Of a stretch of 64,000 bases of DNA, positions 13,831 through 27,421 are shown in pieces. A program made the translations under genes and the position numbers. Source of the DNA: Lama guanicoe (Eukaryota); NCBI GenBank assembly GCA_013239625.1, contig MU053365.1, forward strand, positions 1,460,115-1,524,114, given 5' to 3'. Each line of letters begins with the position of its first letter. The stretch's first letter is position 1. The notes below the pieces were generated by a model. That model had not been told where the DNA came from. It worked only from the letters and a program-made list of their open reading frames with translations, and made no database searches.

Positions 13831-15549
13831 CATTACATGTCCCTTTGCTTAGAGATTTATAGGTACAAAATCCATGCTTGAGTTGAAAAAAACATGACTT
13901 GACTCCCTCACTTTTTCTTCAACCAGCGGTCATCGCATACCCTCTTTTCTGTGCTAGACATTGTGCTGAACAGTAGGGACACAGAGATGAGGACATCAAA
14001 TTCTTTGTCCTTGTTCTTGAGGAAATCATAGTCTAATCAGGGAGAAAGAGATGAGTCCTGGTTTTCCCAGAGGGAGTGACACATGGCCATGTGAGTGACA
14101 AACACCACTCTCTAGAAGGGCTGTTCATAAAAAAACCAGGAAATAATCAGTCACCAAGTCAGACCCAAATGTGCCCCTCCCCAAGGCTCCTCTGACTTTG
14201 CAATTTTTCTGTATCTATAAAAATAACAAATGCTCATCCTTACAACGTCTCTGATTTATATGCTTGTGAAGTCATAGCTACGGCTATTTATATAACTGAA
14301 ATTAATTTCAAACTTCATCAGGGTCTTTATGTAGTATTTGGGGGACTAGGACTCTGCACTACTACAGGGAATCCTCATTTTCAGTAGGATTCAGATCCAA
14401 TTTCAAATGCAGGAAGAGAGCTGCTATCTAAAGGAATCCTGCTGTGAGTTTTTTTTAAAAGCAAAGTCTTTTTTATTTCAAAGGGAATAATCTCCCCCAA
14501 TTTATCTTCTTTGTGTGATTTGTGAAAAAAATCTGGTGCATGAACTTCTAATACATGGGGGTTTGAGTTTGTGCATGACATAGCTGAAAGGTCCCTGGAT
14601 CGAGCCTTTGTCCAAGCACTGCAACTTATTGATTCTGTGACCTTGGACAGTTTTTTAAAAACTTTTCTTGTATCTCAATTTCCCCCTTTACGAAACAAAG
14701 GACTGTACTTCCTGTTTCCTAAGGATACTTGCCACTCATAGAATCTGTGATTCTATTAGTCTTTAGTATCCTTGCTTTTTTCGAATACTTGATTGACCTC
14801 TCCCTACATCCTTGGTAACTGCATGCCATAAGTACAGAACCTAATTTCTGCCCTGTGCAAGCTCCATACCTTATGTCCAAGTACAACCAGCTTTTACTTC
14901 TATTTCTTTTATTCGTTACCTACCCCATGGTATTTTAGATTTTGTCCATATGAATGGAACTTTGCTATTCTTACTGTTATTTTTTAGAATATTCATCAGG
15001 AATATAAAGGAATGGCAATATATAATTTGATTGATACTTAATGCATTTATTTCTCCACTCATAAAACTCATGGGAGGTAGGCAGCATTTGGTGAAAGTGG
15101 AAACTGTGATTTAGAGAGGATTTTTTTTTTACTCAACAGGCAGTTAGTTACATGCCCCAGGCACAGCTCTGAGTATTTACAACCATGAACTCACTTTTAA
15201 TCCTCATTTATCCCTGAAGGACCAAGAACTTAAACAGCTTGCCCAAAGTCAGAAAGCTCTTAACTGCTAAAGCTGACCCTTGGACTCAGGAAATCTAGCT
15301 CAGGATTGCTCTTACCCAAATAGTAAACCAAGGAAGGTGCCTAAGTTCACACAGCCACTCCACTGCGGAGCCTGGCTTTCTGTCCTTCCGTCACCTAAGT
15401 CTCTACCAAGCTGCATAACTGAGTGTGTTCATGCCTACATGCATGCTGTCAGACTTCAAGGACACTATATATTTGTTCTTCTGTGTCACCAAATGCATGA
15501 TCTCTCTGCATTTGGCAGCTCCTAATAAGAAGTTAAATTCTGTTTCTTA

Positions 15550-16282
15550 TTTATTTAATTGAGGTAAAATTGGTTTATAATATTACATAAGCTACAGTAA
15601 TCAAAACAGCATGATTTTGATTACATTGGCAGAAAAGTAGATACACAGATCAATGGAACAGAATTAGGAGCCCAGAAATAAACCCACACACACATATGGA
15701 CAATTAATATATAACGAAAGAGCAAAGAACATACAATGGAGAAAGGATAGTCTCTTCAATAAATGGTGTTGGGAAAACTGGACAGCCACATGCAAAAGAA
15801 TGAAACTAGACCACTATCTTATACCATATACAAAAATCAACTCAAAATGGATTCAAGATTTTATGTAAGATGTGAAACCATAAAACTCCTAGAAGAAAAC
15901 TTAGGAAGTGCACTCTTTTATGTTGATCTTAGCAATATCTTTCTGGATATGTCCCCTCAGGAAAGGAAACAAAAGCAAAAATAGACAAGTGGGACTCCAT
16001 CAAACTAAGAAGCTTCTGCACAGCAAAGGAAACCATCAATAAAATGAAAAGACAACCCACTGAATAGGAGAAGATATTTACAAATGATATATATCTGATA
16101 AGGGGTTAATATCCAAAATATATAAAGAATTTATATAGCTCAACAACAATAAAAATCAAACAATTCAATTAAAAATTGGCAGAGGAGTTTAATGGACATT
16201 TTTCCAAGAAAGACATACAGATGGCTAACCAGCACATGAAAAAATGTTCAATATCACTAATTATTAGGAAAATGCAAATCAG
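15550..16282 (-). mobile_element. L1 with a ~40 bp 3' tip on minus and a ~690 bp inverted ORF2 segment on plus, TSD-flanked
   Basis: TSD ttctgtttctta at 15538-15549 and 16283-16294; plus segment encodes degenerate ORF2 ([23 protein letters not shown]). Confidence 0.85.
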
Positions 16283-16489
16283 TTCTGTTTCTTAATGATA
16301 GCCTTGTGAGTTGATATTGTGTTGGTTAATGTTTTGTTAGAATTCTGCTAGTTCTGATGGATTTTTAAAGATAGTCTTCCTTGATTTTCTCATCTATAAA
16401 ATAGTGAGGTTGAACAAAATCTATCGGTAACATCCAAATAAACTGAGTGTCTTTAGGAACCCTTTGAGTTTTTAGATAATTCTGCTTTG

Positions 16490-16830
16490 TAGGTAAATAG
16501 GTATCCATAACTGGGGAAATTGATGGCAGCTGTAATACCACAGAATACTGTGCAGTCATCACAAGAAATGAACTGGATGTACACATGGCAAAATAGATGG
16601 ATGTTTAAAAATATAGTATTAAATGGAAAATAGTAATAATGTGTGATCCATAGAGTAATATCATTTCTGTAGATAAAACACACAAACAAAATATCAGACC
16701 ATATATTTACAAATACACATATGTATCTAAGGATATATATCGAAATATTGAAGTGGTTGCCTATGGAGGATGAAAGTAGGGAGAGGGAGTGAAGGGCCAA
16801 ACTGAAAATAAAGTAGTACAAAGGAGATGC
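16490..16830 (+). mobile_element. Old L1ME-like 3' fragment
   Basis: 'cacagaatactgtgcagtc...aaatgaactggatgtacac...atggatgtttaaaaatatagtatt'. Confidence 0.55.
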
Positions 16831-17103
16831 CTTTGCATGCACTCGTGATAGTGAGCCAGGCAGCATGTTGTGGTGGGAAGAACACTGGCTCCCAACCCAA
16901 GTCTTGCACCCATTAGTTTTATGTTGTTGGGCAGAAGTTTTAATACCACTAAGCCTTAGTCTCTCTAATATTGTAAAAAGGCTTCTGTTAAGGATTAAAT
17001 AAGGTGGTAAGTAGATAGATGGAGGTATAGATATACTAATAGAAAGCCCTCGTCCAGCCCCAGGCCATTATCTTGAAATTTAACTCTCAGCCTCTTTTTA
17101 ATG

Positions 17104-17432
17104 TTTTTTAAAATAGACTTTATTTTTTTAGAGCAGTTTCAGGTTTACAGCAGAATTGAGCAGAAAATACAGAGAGTTCGCACATAGCCCTTCCCACCCA
17201 CACATATATACTCCCCTACCCTCAACATCCCTCATCAATGTGGCATATTTGGTACAATCAATGAACCAGCATGGGCACATTATTATCAACCAAGTCCATA
17301 GTTTACATTAAGGCTCACTCTTGATGTTGTACATTTTATGGGTTTTGATAACACATAATGACATGTAGCCACCACTATAGTATCTTACAGAATAAGTTCA
17401 TCGCCCTAAAAATCCCTTGTGGCTCCATCTTT
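17104..17432 (-). mobile_element. L1MC-like 3' end
   Basis: 'agactttatttttttagagcagtttcaggtttacagcagaattgagcagaaaatacagagagttc'. Confidence 0.8.
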
Positions 17433-17659
17433 TCAATATTTTGTTTGCTATAACCTATGTCTACTTACTCCTAGGGGAACCACGGCCATGATGTCCTTTG
17501 TCTATTGTTGACACGACCAACTGACCTTCCAACCCACCCACACTCCTGCTAGGCTGCTAGCCTTACAGCATTCCTAACAATTTTGTTTATTTACACACAA
17601 TCTTTTTTAAATGTTAATTTCATTATGAATTAAATTTTTTTTCAGGGAAGTTTTTAAAA

Positions 17660-17910
17660 AATGAGCATTTATATAGCAATTTACACTTTACAAAGCATTT
17701 TCACATTTATTGTTTCATTGAATCCATGTATTAATCTCTAAAGAAGGTGCTGGTATGCCCATTTTAGTGATAAGAAGACTGACACCCAGAAGAACATATG
17801 ACATACAACTAACAACATTAAACTAACAACATACAACTTGTGTGTGGAAGAGCCAGGATGTTAATCTAGGTCCTCCTACTTTAAGTACCAGGCTTTCTCC
17901 ATAACAACAT
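17660..17910 (-). mobile_element. MIR
   Basis: 'ttacactttacaaagcattttcacattt...cccattttagtgataagaagactga'. Confidence 0.7.
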
Positions 17911-20638
17911 GCTAGACCTCTTTTAAATAACTTTCAATATTTGTTAATCTAGAAGATAGTCCCTTTTATTTCACAAACCATGATTAGATTATCCTAGAAA
18001 AGTTAACTAATATAAATTCTGCTGATGCCTCAAAATGCATGATTGGGAAATGCAGGTCACTTCTGCAGGGTCTTGAGGCTATGTTAGAACCTGACAACTT
18101 GTGTGGCTTCTTTGTAGCCTCTGTTTTCTGACCTAAAATGAGGAAGAAGGACTAAATCATTGCAAGAAACTTTCTGGCTCTAGTGCTCTTTGGTCAGTCA
18201 TATCCAGGAAAAGTCACAAAAAGGAACCTAAAATAAATCAGAAGTTGTGAGCAAAGGCTAGTATTTTGCTATATTCCAAGGGAGTGATTACATGAAAGTG
18301 GCACTTGTTTTGGAATAATTTATATTAGAATTGCCCTTAGAGTTAGTATAATCCTATTAAAAGCTGTTAATGGAATTATTATTCTGATAATAAGTTGTTA
18401 TTAGACTCTCAGTATTAATGATATTCATTGCAACACAAGATTAATCTGGTACTAAAATTTAAGCTCTCACTCTGAGTATAAGGGCTGTTTTCAATGTGAT
18501 AAGAATGCAATGATTAAGAATAACATGGTAAGGAAAGATTTCTTTTTTTGGAATGGAAGAAAACATGCTTGTGTGTGTTTTTCAAAACACTGAGGCAAAA
18601 CAATTTTGCTTTCTGCTTTACTCAAAAACTTTTAATAAGCAATCTAAACTTGCTCAATGAACTAGAATCCAGGCTTTTGTAATCAGTCACTTGGTTAAAC
18701 CAATTGAATAATAATGGATTACTTCTGTAACTTGTTTAAATTTTGTTGTCATCTCTATTCATCACTAAATTTTCATTTATAGCTTAAGTGCCAAGTCTGA
18801 AGTGTGGTATTCTTTTATTAAAACACTAATTTCTTGTTTTTGTTAAAGCCTCAAATGTTTTCTGGCACATTTGTCCCATCACAGTTGGACATGGCTGTGC
18901 TGGCAGTACTTGGCAAGACTGCTCAGTCACGTGTGACCTTTAATGAAGTGCTTTTTATAGGAAAGATCGTTCATTAATAGCATTGTATTTAGGGTGAATT
19001 TGATGAGGGTAAGGGAGGTAAAGACAGTTGGTGGTGTTTTACAGGCTATACCATTGCTCTGTCATCTGTCTGATTAGGATGGGGACATTTCATTTATGTT
19101 GGTAGCTTAACAATTATTTATTAATATCCATTGTGCTTTCAAAATATCCATTTTTACTTTCAAAAATCTGTAACAATAATACCAGTTATCTATGAGATAT
19201 TCATAGTTGACAAACAGATTTCATATACTTTACCTCACTGAATCTTCGTAAGAGTCCTACAAATTGCTTACTCCATTTTACAACTGTAGATATTAAGGCT
19301 CAGAACCAAGACCACAGTGCTAGAAGAGAGCAGGATCCCAGCTCGCTTACTGCACGACATACCTTTCCCCTATACTACATTGCCCCTCCATAGACAGAGC
19401 AGTTCTGAATTTGGGGACTGTCCATTCATTAATCTCTTTCTTGTCAATAAAAAATCAACCGACTCAAGAGTTTTCCAAATAGGTTCACTTTGTATTTAGC
19501 TCTCTGTTTAAAAATGTTCACAAGGTTATTTAACTTTTTAATGTTGCATGGCTTTTTAGCTTCATAAAAATGGCTTCAATCTCATGTAAAGACTCCTGAG
19601 CCACTTCATAGACTAATTACCAGTCACAGGTATTCTCTCCGAGCTGAGGGTCTTTCTAGTATGATGAATGCTCATCTCTACTAGGTTGAATGGATTCTAA
19701 ATGAAGTGATTCATTTAAAAAATCAATTAGTATGAAGGCCAAATATTTTATTCACAACAACCTCTAGTTGAGAGTAGTCCCCCTTGTACAGAGGTGTTTA
19801 CAGGGCAATGAAGGTGAGTAGGGAGGAACCGTCGCCAGGGAAACAACCCCTGGGGCAAACTAACTGTTCTTTGCTCAGGAGTGGGAAAGAATTTTCTCTG
19901 AGCTGACAACTTTCTCTCGCCTTACCTGCTGAATAATGACTGCCCTTGACTTGTTCCCTCAGTTTGCCAATGATCTGGTCTGAGATGAAATATGTATTAC
20001 ACTGAGTACCTCCCTGTCTTGTTCTCCTGTTCCAAGTTAGAGAATCAGAAAGTAATAGATCATCAATGGGTACACACTTATCTCTGTATAGAAACTTGTC
20101 CAAATCCCTAAATTTAAGCTCTGAGAACCTCAGGGTATTTTGGAAATGAACAAAATGTCAAAGTCAGTTACATGGAGGTAATTAACTTGAGCTTATTTTC
20201 TTCTGACCTTAACTCATATTATCGCAAGCTAATTGATATTTGTAGTTAAATTAACTAGATTGCTCTAGTGGAACTAGTGAAATCTTACGTTAGCAGTCTT
20301 GGTTGACGGACTGGGTGTGGGAGTGCATCGTTGCTTTTCATTTTTAGGGAGACCACAAGTGTTAGTTGTCATGTTTTGATGCTTACTGATGATTGAGTCT
20401 ATTTATTAATAATCCCTCTTTTTCATCCTCAAAATTACCCCAGCTTGGGTGATAAATTATATGGCTATCCTGTTTATTAGTTCTTATTACCTGCCTATAG
20501 CTTGAAATTGACATGGGTCCCCTGACCTCTCAAATAGGCTATAGTTATTTGTATATACCCTGTTTTCTGAGATCCTCGAGCAGACATGCCGACCAAAAGG
20601 AAATGTATATATTCAGTCAGATTTATTATAAATGATAT

Positions 20639-21039
20639 TGTAATAGTTTGCTAGGGCTTCTAAATACCACAGTCTGGATGGCTTAAACATTGATTGTGTC
20701 ACATGTCTGGAGGCCAGGAGTCTGAAATCAAGGTATGTAAGCAGGGTTGGTTTCTTCTGAGGGTTGTGTGGAAAGGATCTGGTTGAGGTCCCTCTCCTTG
20801 ACTGGTAGACAGCCTTCTTCTTCCTGTGTGATCACGTGGTGTGCTCTCTGCATGTATTCTCCTTGTCTACAACTTTACCCTTTTTATATGGACACCAGTC
20901 ATATTGATGACCTTACTTTATTGTTTTACCTTGGTAAAGACCAAATAAGGTCTTTGCATCTCCAAATAAGATCGTCTTCTGAGGTGCTGGGGATTAAGAT
21001 TTCAGTATATGAATTGGGGGCACAATTCAAACCATAACA
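20639..21039 (-). mobile_element. MLT1A/B-like MaLR solo LTR
   Basis: TG...CA termini; 'ctggaggccaggagtctgaaatcaagg', 'gggggcacaattcaaaccataaca'. Confidence 0.85.
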
Positions 21040-24000
21040 ATTATTAACAAATTAGAAAACACAACTATGTACCAGAAAAAAGATTTACAAGTATTCTTCC
21101 ATTTAAATCAAGGAACACACTTATAAATAGGTGCTATCTCACCCCCATTTTATAAATGAGGGGCCCATGGCTCACTGAGGTGGCTCACCCAGAAGCATAC
21201 AGCCCCCGATCTGGGGCACCTGGTTGTGCACGCAGAGCCTGGACCTTTATTTTAGTCCCTCTGCTCTACCGGTCCTGTCGCACACACAGGTGGAAGAGGT
21301 TGCTGTGCAATGATGTCATCCTGGGGCTTGGGTAAAGAACTTAGGACCCCGAAGTCTTTCCCTTATCTGGGATTTTATTTTTATGGATTACAAAGTCTTC
21401 ATTTTCCCAAATCGAGAGAAGGAGTCAGGGGGAGAGGTCACACACTGATTGAAATGTGCAGTACTGTTTAAGAGGAGAGCAGGAGGGAAGTAGGCTCCTT
21501 GAGGTCAGGGGTGGGTAGAAAGGAGAAAAACGTCCCTTGCATGAAGAAGCGACACAGACAGGGGGCTGCGCAAATTTACACAAGCTGCTTACTTGAAAAG
21601 TGTTTCTAGGGCTTGCTCCTTACCATGGCGGCCTTCACATTTCCCTAGTGTGACTACTTCATTGTGCAGCAAGTAGGAGATTTAGGGACCTGAAGCTTTA
21701 CTTTCTGACATATGGGCTGAGAGTGAGCACGAAAGGGACAGGCTCGGACTAGTACGTGTCTTCAATGGTGTGGCCCTACAGTAGTATCCATAAGTCACAG
21801 TCACTTCTGGGGCCACTTGGCAGTGATTGACCCTGTCACCTTAATTCCTGTGTGGAATATGGCAGGGTCAAAATACGTGTTAATTGAAATCTGTTTCTGC
21901 CTGTGGTTTAGGCTGGTTTTATTACTGTTGTCAGGGGGCTATAAGGGAGCTCTTTTCTCATATTTATTTTCTTCATAGTGCTTCTTATTCTGCTGGAAAC
22001 AAGTCTCTTCTTTAGCACTGAGACACACTGCGCAATAGAATGGTGAAGATTTTTTATTTGAGCTGGCAGACTTTAGCAATATAGTCAAGAAGGAGCTATT
22101 TAAAATATGGAAATTGTTCAGGTTTCACCCTGAGTGTAGCACCTGAGAAAGATCACAAGGTTCTAGCTGGGAGAGCGATGACGTGTCATCTGTTCCCGGG
22201 TTTCCGCGATGCTCTCTGACTCAGGCGCTGCTGGCTTTCCTCTGCTTTTCCATTTGCCACTCAGGTTTCACAAATTGGACAAATGTATATAAAGTAGGAA
22301 AGTGATATCGCTCTCGTGGCCTTTTCAACACTCTGCCTTTTGATTATTCAGCTTTATTTCTCCTTGATGGAGAGACAGGGCATGCTGACATCTTTCAGTG
22401 AAGTCTGAGAAGACATGTTTACATAGTCTTTCATAAAACCATGTGCCAATCTTAAGGGAAGAAACAGGCAGAGCAATTAAATCTGTTCCTGAAAGATATA
22501 ACAGACCAGGCAGGTGCTAAAAAAGTGATGAAGTTCACAGTCCTCCAAGCATCTAGCTTCCCTCTGAAGGATCTTCAGAGAAAAGTGCCTTTAACAACTA
22601 TTTGTAAACAATAAGATGAAGCACTAACATTTGAATAAATCTTTACTGTTTTTGAAGCATTTTCACCTTTATGGTTCATTTCATGCCTTTAACAGCTTTG
22701 TGAGTTAGGCAGAACAGGTGTTGTCATTATTTGGGTGCCTTAGGGATGAGGCATATTGGAACCTCAGCACCACTGGGTGGTAAGGAAGTAGAAGAAGGTG
22801 GTAGGAGTTGAGACATAGTCTGGGAGGGGGTATTACTAATTCAGTTGCAGACTTGCCCAAAGGGCATGGCTACCTTGGGATTTTTTTCAGTGTCTGAGCC
22901 TAATACTGATGCTTTTTCACCTATCTGGTGAACAGGCCATTATAGTGGGGGATTTCAAGTGTTAGGAAGAATCCAGGAGGAGTGAAGACGGTCTTGAGTT
23001 ATCAGTAAGGGGCCTTGGAGAAATCCTGGGAAAAGGTTAGTGGGCGGGGTCCAGCATAGTAGGAAGATTCACAGGAACAGCCTCACAGTTCATTGCTTGG
23101 CAGAAAAAATGACAGATCTGCTCATAAAGATTGAGGCGTATAATCTTTGCTGAAGGTTTATCCCTGGCACACTCAGCCCTGAATTAGTGAGGGGACCACT
23201 TTCCAGGTTCCACCAGTGGACAGGCCTGAGGCTGTCAACACACATGGGCTTAGCTGAGATTGGACCAGGAATTGATGGAGGTTTGAACCTGTAGGTAAGG
23301 TTCATTTGTAACTCCATTTGAAAGCGGTTGTGGAAGGCAAATGCCAGGAAGATAAGGCAGGAAGTAACAACTATATCTCTTCCCATTTTATAGAGACTCA
23401 GGCGTACTAGGGTTGTAATCGGAGGAGGGGAGCATAAGATGGGCCAAGCACACATTTTTGGTGACTCCTGAACCCAGTGCTCTTTCTCCTAAATGCTGTG
23501 GAAAGGCCTAAGGAAAAGCAGGAAGGAACCCAGTAACAGGCAGAGTCCCAGCGTTAGAATGGCAGGCTCAATGGTGAAGCAGAAGACTGGGAGCAAAAGA
23601 ACACAAAAAGAGGCTGTGCCGCAGAGAGAGCCAGCGGGCTGCTGGGGAGAATGGAGAGGCTCTGTGTGCGCTTAAAACTCTTTGGAGCAGTTGGTTATTT
23701 CAGCCAAATGACTCGATATAGGTATCTGTTTTAGATCTTCCAAGAGTTTCCCTTAACTTAACACCTTGCCACTAAGATTGATGGCATATACAATGTCTTT
23801 GTTTTCTATATTCACTTATTCCTTGTCTATGTTAGATCACTGTTATATATTTATTGCATACATATGAATTATTTGGACAAAGTAGAGAAGATCCAGTATA
23901 CACTCCTCATGACCTCTGAATCCGCATAAAATAAGGTGAATTAAAGTGTCTACAGAATAGGGACCCAGTGACATGACGCTAAGCCCTGAGAATGTGCCCC

Positions 24001-24769
24001 GCTTCTGTCGTCAGCAGAGATACAGTAGGTGGATGTGCAGTCAGGGTCTTCCCAGATATTTTGAGATGGAGAATGTCAAGAGACAATTACACGTCTCACA
24101 TCAACAACCGAGGACTCGATGTGTTCAAGAATCAGGAAAAAGGAGAGTCCGAGTCCGAGGCATGGAACACCTTCAAGGTAATTAGAACTATTGCACCCTC
24201 TGCCTGTGCTCCGTCGCTCTTGTTTGGTTCTGCCTTGCATGGCTTCTTTCCATGTCTGCTTCCTTTCCTAGAGGAAAGAGCTTCTCCAAGGTAGAGATCA
24301 GGTCTTATTTCATGTCCTGTTTTTATGCACATAGCAATATTCTGAACTTAATGGAAGCTAAATAAATCATTGTATTTAAAATTAAGGTAACCTGGAGGAA
24401 TCGAAATATCTACTGTAGTACTTCTATTTCAAAGATGGTTCTATTCTAATCTAAAAAGAGACAAGTATTTAAAATCATATTCCCAGAAAGAAGAAATAGA
24501 AAGGAATCTGTGGTATAATAAAAATACAACTAAGGTAGCAGTCAGAACACCTGGGTTCTTGTTCTAACTGCTGACGATTTACTGTGTGATTCTGGGTGAG
24601 GACCTTCTTCTCCACAAACCTCCCTTCTTCTTGTCTTCAGAATGAGCCCATCTGGTTGATAATCCCTATGGGTCATTCCTGTTCAACAATCTAAGTCCAA
24701 AAAGGAAAGCGATGTGGAAAACACACCAACATGTTGAGATTCTACTTCTACTAGTCAAATATAGCATTT

Positions 24770-25830
24770 TCCTGATTACTAAGCAATACAAGTTCATGCC
24801 AGAGAATAAACAATTGTATAAAATAAAGAAAATTAAAATAAGCAATAATCTTACCACCCAGGAGTAACTGCAATGAGCATCTCCGGAAATGTCCTTGTAG
24901 TTATTACTCTGTGTGTGTGTGTGAGAGAGAGAGAAAGATTGAGAGAGAGAGAGAGAAAGAGAGAAGAGGAAGGAGGAGGAGGAGAGGAGGAAGGAAGGAA
25001 GGGCCAGAGAGAGAGAGAGAGAGAGGGAGACAAAAGGGGATGGGGAAGACAGATTTACATTTACACTTGGTATCATGCTTTAGTCACTTCATTAAATTTT
25101 GAACATTTTTTATGCCATTAAATATTATTAGAAAAGTGATTTTTAGTGGCTGAATTACATTTCATGGGTATGCATCATAATTTATTTCACCAATCCCCTG
25201 TTACAATGGATGCACATCTTTTAACATAGATCTTTACAAATGTTGGCCCATTTTCTTATGATAAATTGATAGCATATGAACATTTTATTTGTTATCTGTT
25301 GTATATTGCCAAGTTACTCTACAGGAGATGGTACAATTTATGCTGCCACCAGTAGCTCATGAGAGGACCATCTCAGTACACTGCCTGCATGAAATTTACC
25401 ATTACTTTTTACAATTTGGAAGGTTTGATAGGTAAACCTATTTCATTATTTTAATTTAATTATTTTCCTAGACTACTGGTGAGATAGAATATTTTCTACC
25501 ATGTTTATGGGATAATTGCACCTTTTCTTTTGTGACTTGTCTATCTGATCACTTTGCTTGTTTTGGTTATTTTTTTGGGGGGGTATGTTGTCATTTTCCT
25601 TTTGTTGATTTGTAAATTTGTTAAATACTAAAGATATTAACTCTTTGTATGTCATATTTTGCAAATATTTACCTATTTTATCATTTGCCTTCTATTTTTT
25701 AATGCCTTCTTTTTATCATGCATGAGCTTTACATTTTCAGGTAGTCAAATCTAGTAATCTTTTAAGTTTTCTACTTTGGTGTTGTGCTTAGAAATGCCTC
25801 TTGCTCCAAAACTTTATAAAAATATTTCTA
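24770..25830 (-). mobile_element. Old L1ME-like 3' region containing a compound microsatellite
   Basis: Degenerate antisense L1 motifs 'aatttatgctgccaccagtagc', 'tttacattttcaggtagtcaaatct'. Confidence 0.6.
24909..25030. repeat. Compound (TG)n-(GA)n-(GGA)n microsatellite / polypurine tract
   Basis: Direct reading. Confidence 0.95.
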
Positions 25831-26849
25831 TTGTCTTCTCCCTCGAGGCGGGAAGAGAATAGATACACATGCTTGCTTTGTGATTGTGGGTGTCCTTATG
25901 TGAATGCATTCTTATTGTGATTAAGTAAGTAATTGTTTCCTTTATTGTCTTTGTTTTATAGACACAGTTGCAAGATGGAAACATTTATAAGTGTTTTAAT
26001 AAAATTGTATAAGCCTATTTGATTCTAGTTCAGTATAATCCCTCAGGCACTTTATTTCTTCAGCATGTCTATTTTATCTTCTTTTTCAATCAATATTTTT
26101 AAATATAGAGTTTATGTTGAATTTCTTTAAATCCAGTTTTTCTTATTAAGATTTTAAATACAGATCACTTCTCTTTTCTTTGCACTGATATACCAAAAAC
26201 TATTAACAGAGATTTGGGGAACTGGGACCAGGGATTGAGCTCTTCTTATTAAGTAGACATCTGAAGGGTGTGAGTTTTTTTTTTTAACCGTGTGAATCTA
26301 TTACTTAAAATAATAAATGAGTGCACAAACGTACCTCTTTAGCCTAATCTTTTCTTGCTCCATGGCTCCACCCTGTGGATTGAGCCTGATCAGATTCCTC
26401 CACCTTCCCCTCCCCCATCGTGTTTTCTTTCCTATGCTTTTGCAATCCCTACCTCCCACATCTCAAATGTCTGCCCTTGGCCTGGCGCTCTGATTTATCT
26501 TTCAGAGTCCAGCTCAACAAACTGCTTTCTTTCTGCAATTTTCCACCTCTCTCAGTATCTACAACAACCGTTTGCTTTAAATTTTATAGCAGTTGATTTA
26601 TACGGTAAGTAACACAGGTACCAAATGGTCATATGACTACTGGAATACTTGCCTGTCCACTAGTCTATAAATCCTCGGAGGTAGGACTCATGTCTGATTT
26701 CCCATAATGCCAAACATACATAATTTCTCAAAGAAAAGAAAGTTTCAGTTCTTTGGATTTTCTCTGAACATTAAAATATTGCAGCATCTTTAATTCAATA
26801 ACAGAAATGATAAAGACCTTGGTTCTAAGACCTGGTGTGGTACTATAGT

Positions 26850-27040
26850 CCAATGGTTCCTAAACCACTTCAAGTTATAGCCACCTAAAATTACTTTCAG
26901 GAATTATGATGTTCAGCCTATGGCCCATAGCAACCAAGTCAGAATCATTGAGAGTGGAATTCAGGCATGAGTTTTTTTTGTTTTTTTTTTTAAACAGCTC
27001 CACAGGTGATTCCAGTGTGTACCCAAGTTAGAAAACCAGT
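26850..27040. mobile_element. MER5A-like hAT-Charlie MITE
   Basis: Ends 'caatggttcctaaac' and 'gttagaaaaccagtg'; internal 'gtcagaatc...caggcatgag...ctccacaggtgattc'. Confidence 0.7.
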
Positions 27041-27421
27041 GTTCCAAATATTTTTGAATTGGATTTGAAGGCAGAAAAACATTCTATAGAACATGCTTTT
27101 TTTTCCTATAGCTTTTATACACTTTCCTGCTCTACTTATTTGCTTTTAAGATTCTTTGGAGTCTTGGACTAGCCAACAACTCTGAGCCTAGTTACTACCT
27201 AAAAAAATGGAGATGCTTGTTTTTCTTATTTTATAGGGTTCTGAGGATTAAGAGATGATATAAGGAAAAGTGCTCTGTGAACTTTAAGTGCTGTAAAAAT
27301 ATTGGTTCTTACTCTTAGCAGACCCATATTTTCTTTCTGTACATGTCTTTCTTACAAATGAATTGGCTTCCAAAGAGTGTGAAATTTATTTCCACAATTA
27401 CTTAAAACTGTCCTGCTTTTT

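Noticed and set aside
14085..14092. Short palindrome around cacatggccatgtg
   Set aside because: Short palindromes like this can arise by chance and there is no supporting context
24666..25121. Low-complexity ORFs rich in S/L or E/R
   Set aside because: Translations of the GA/TG microsatellite
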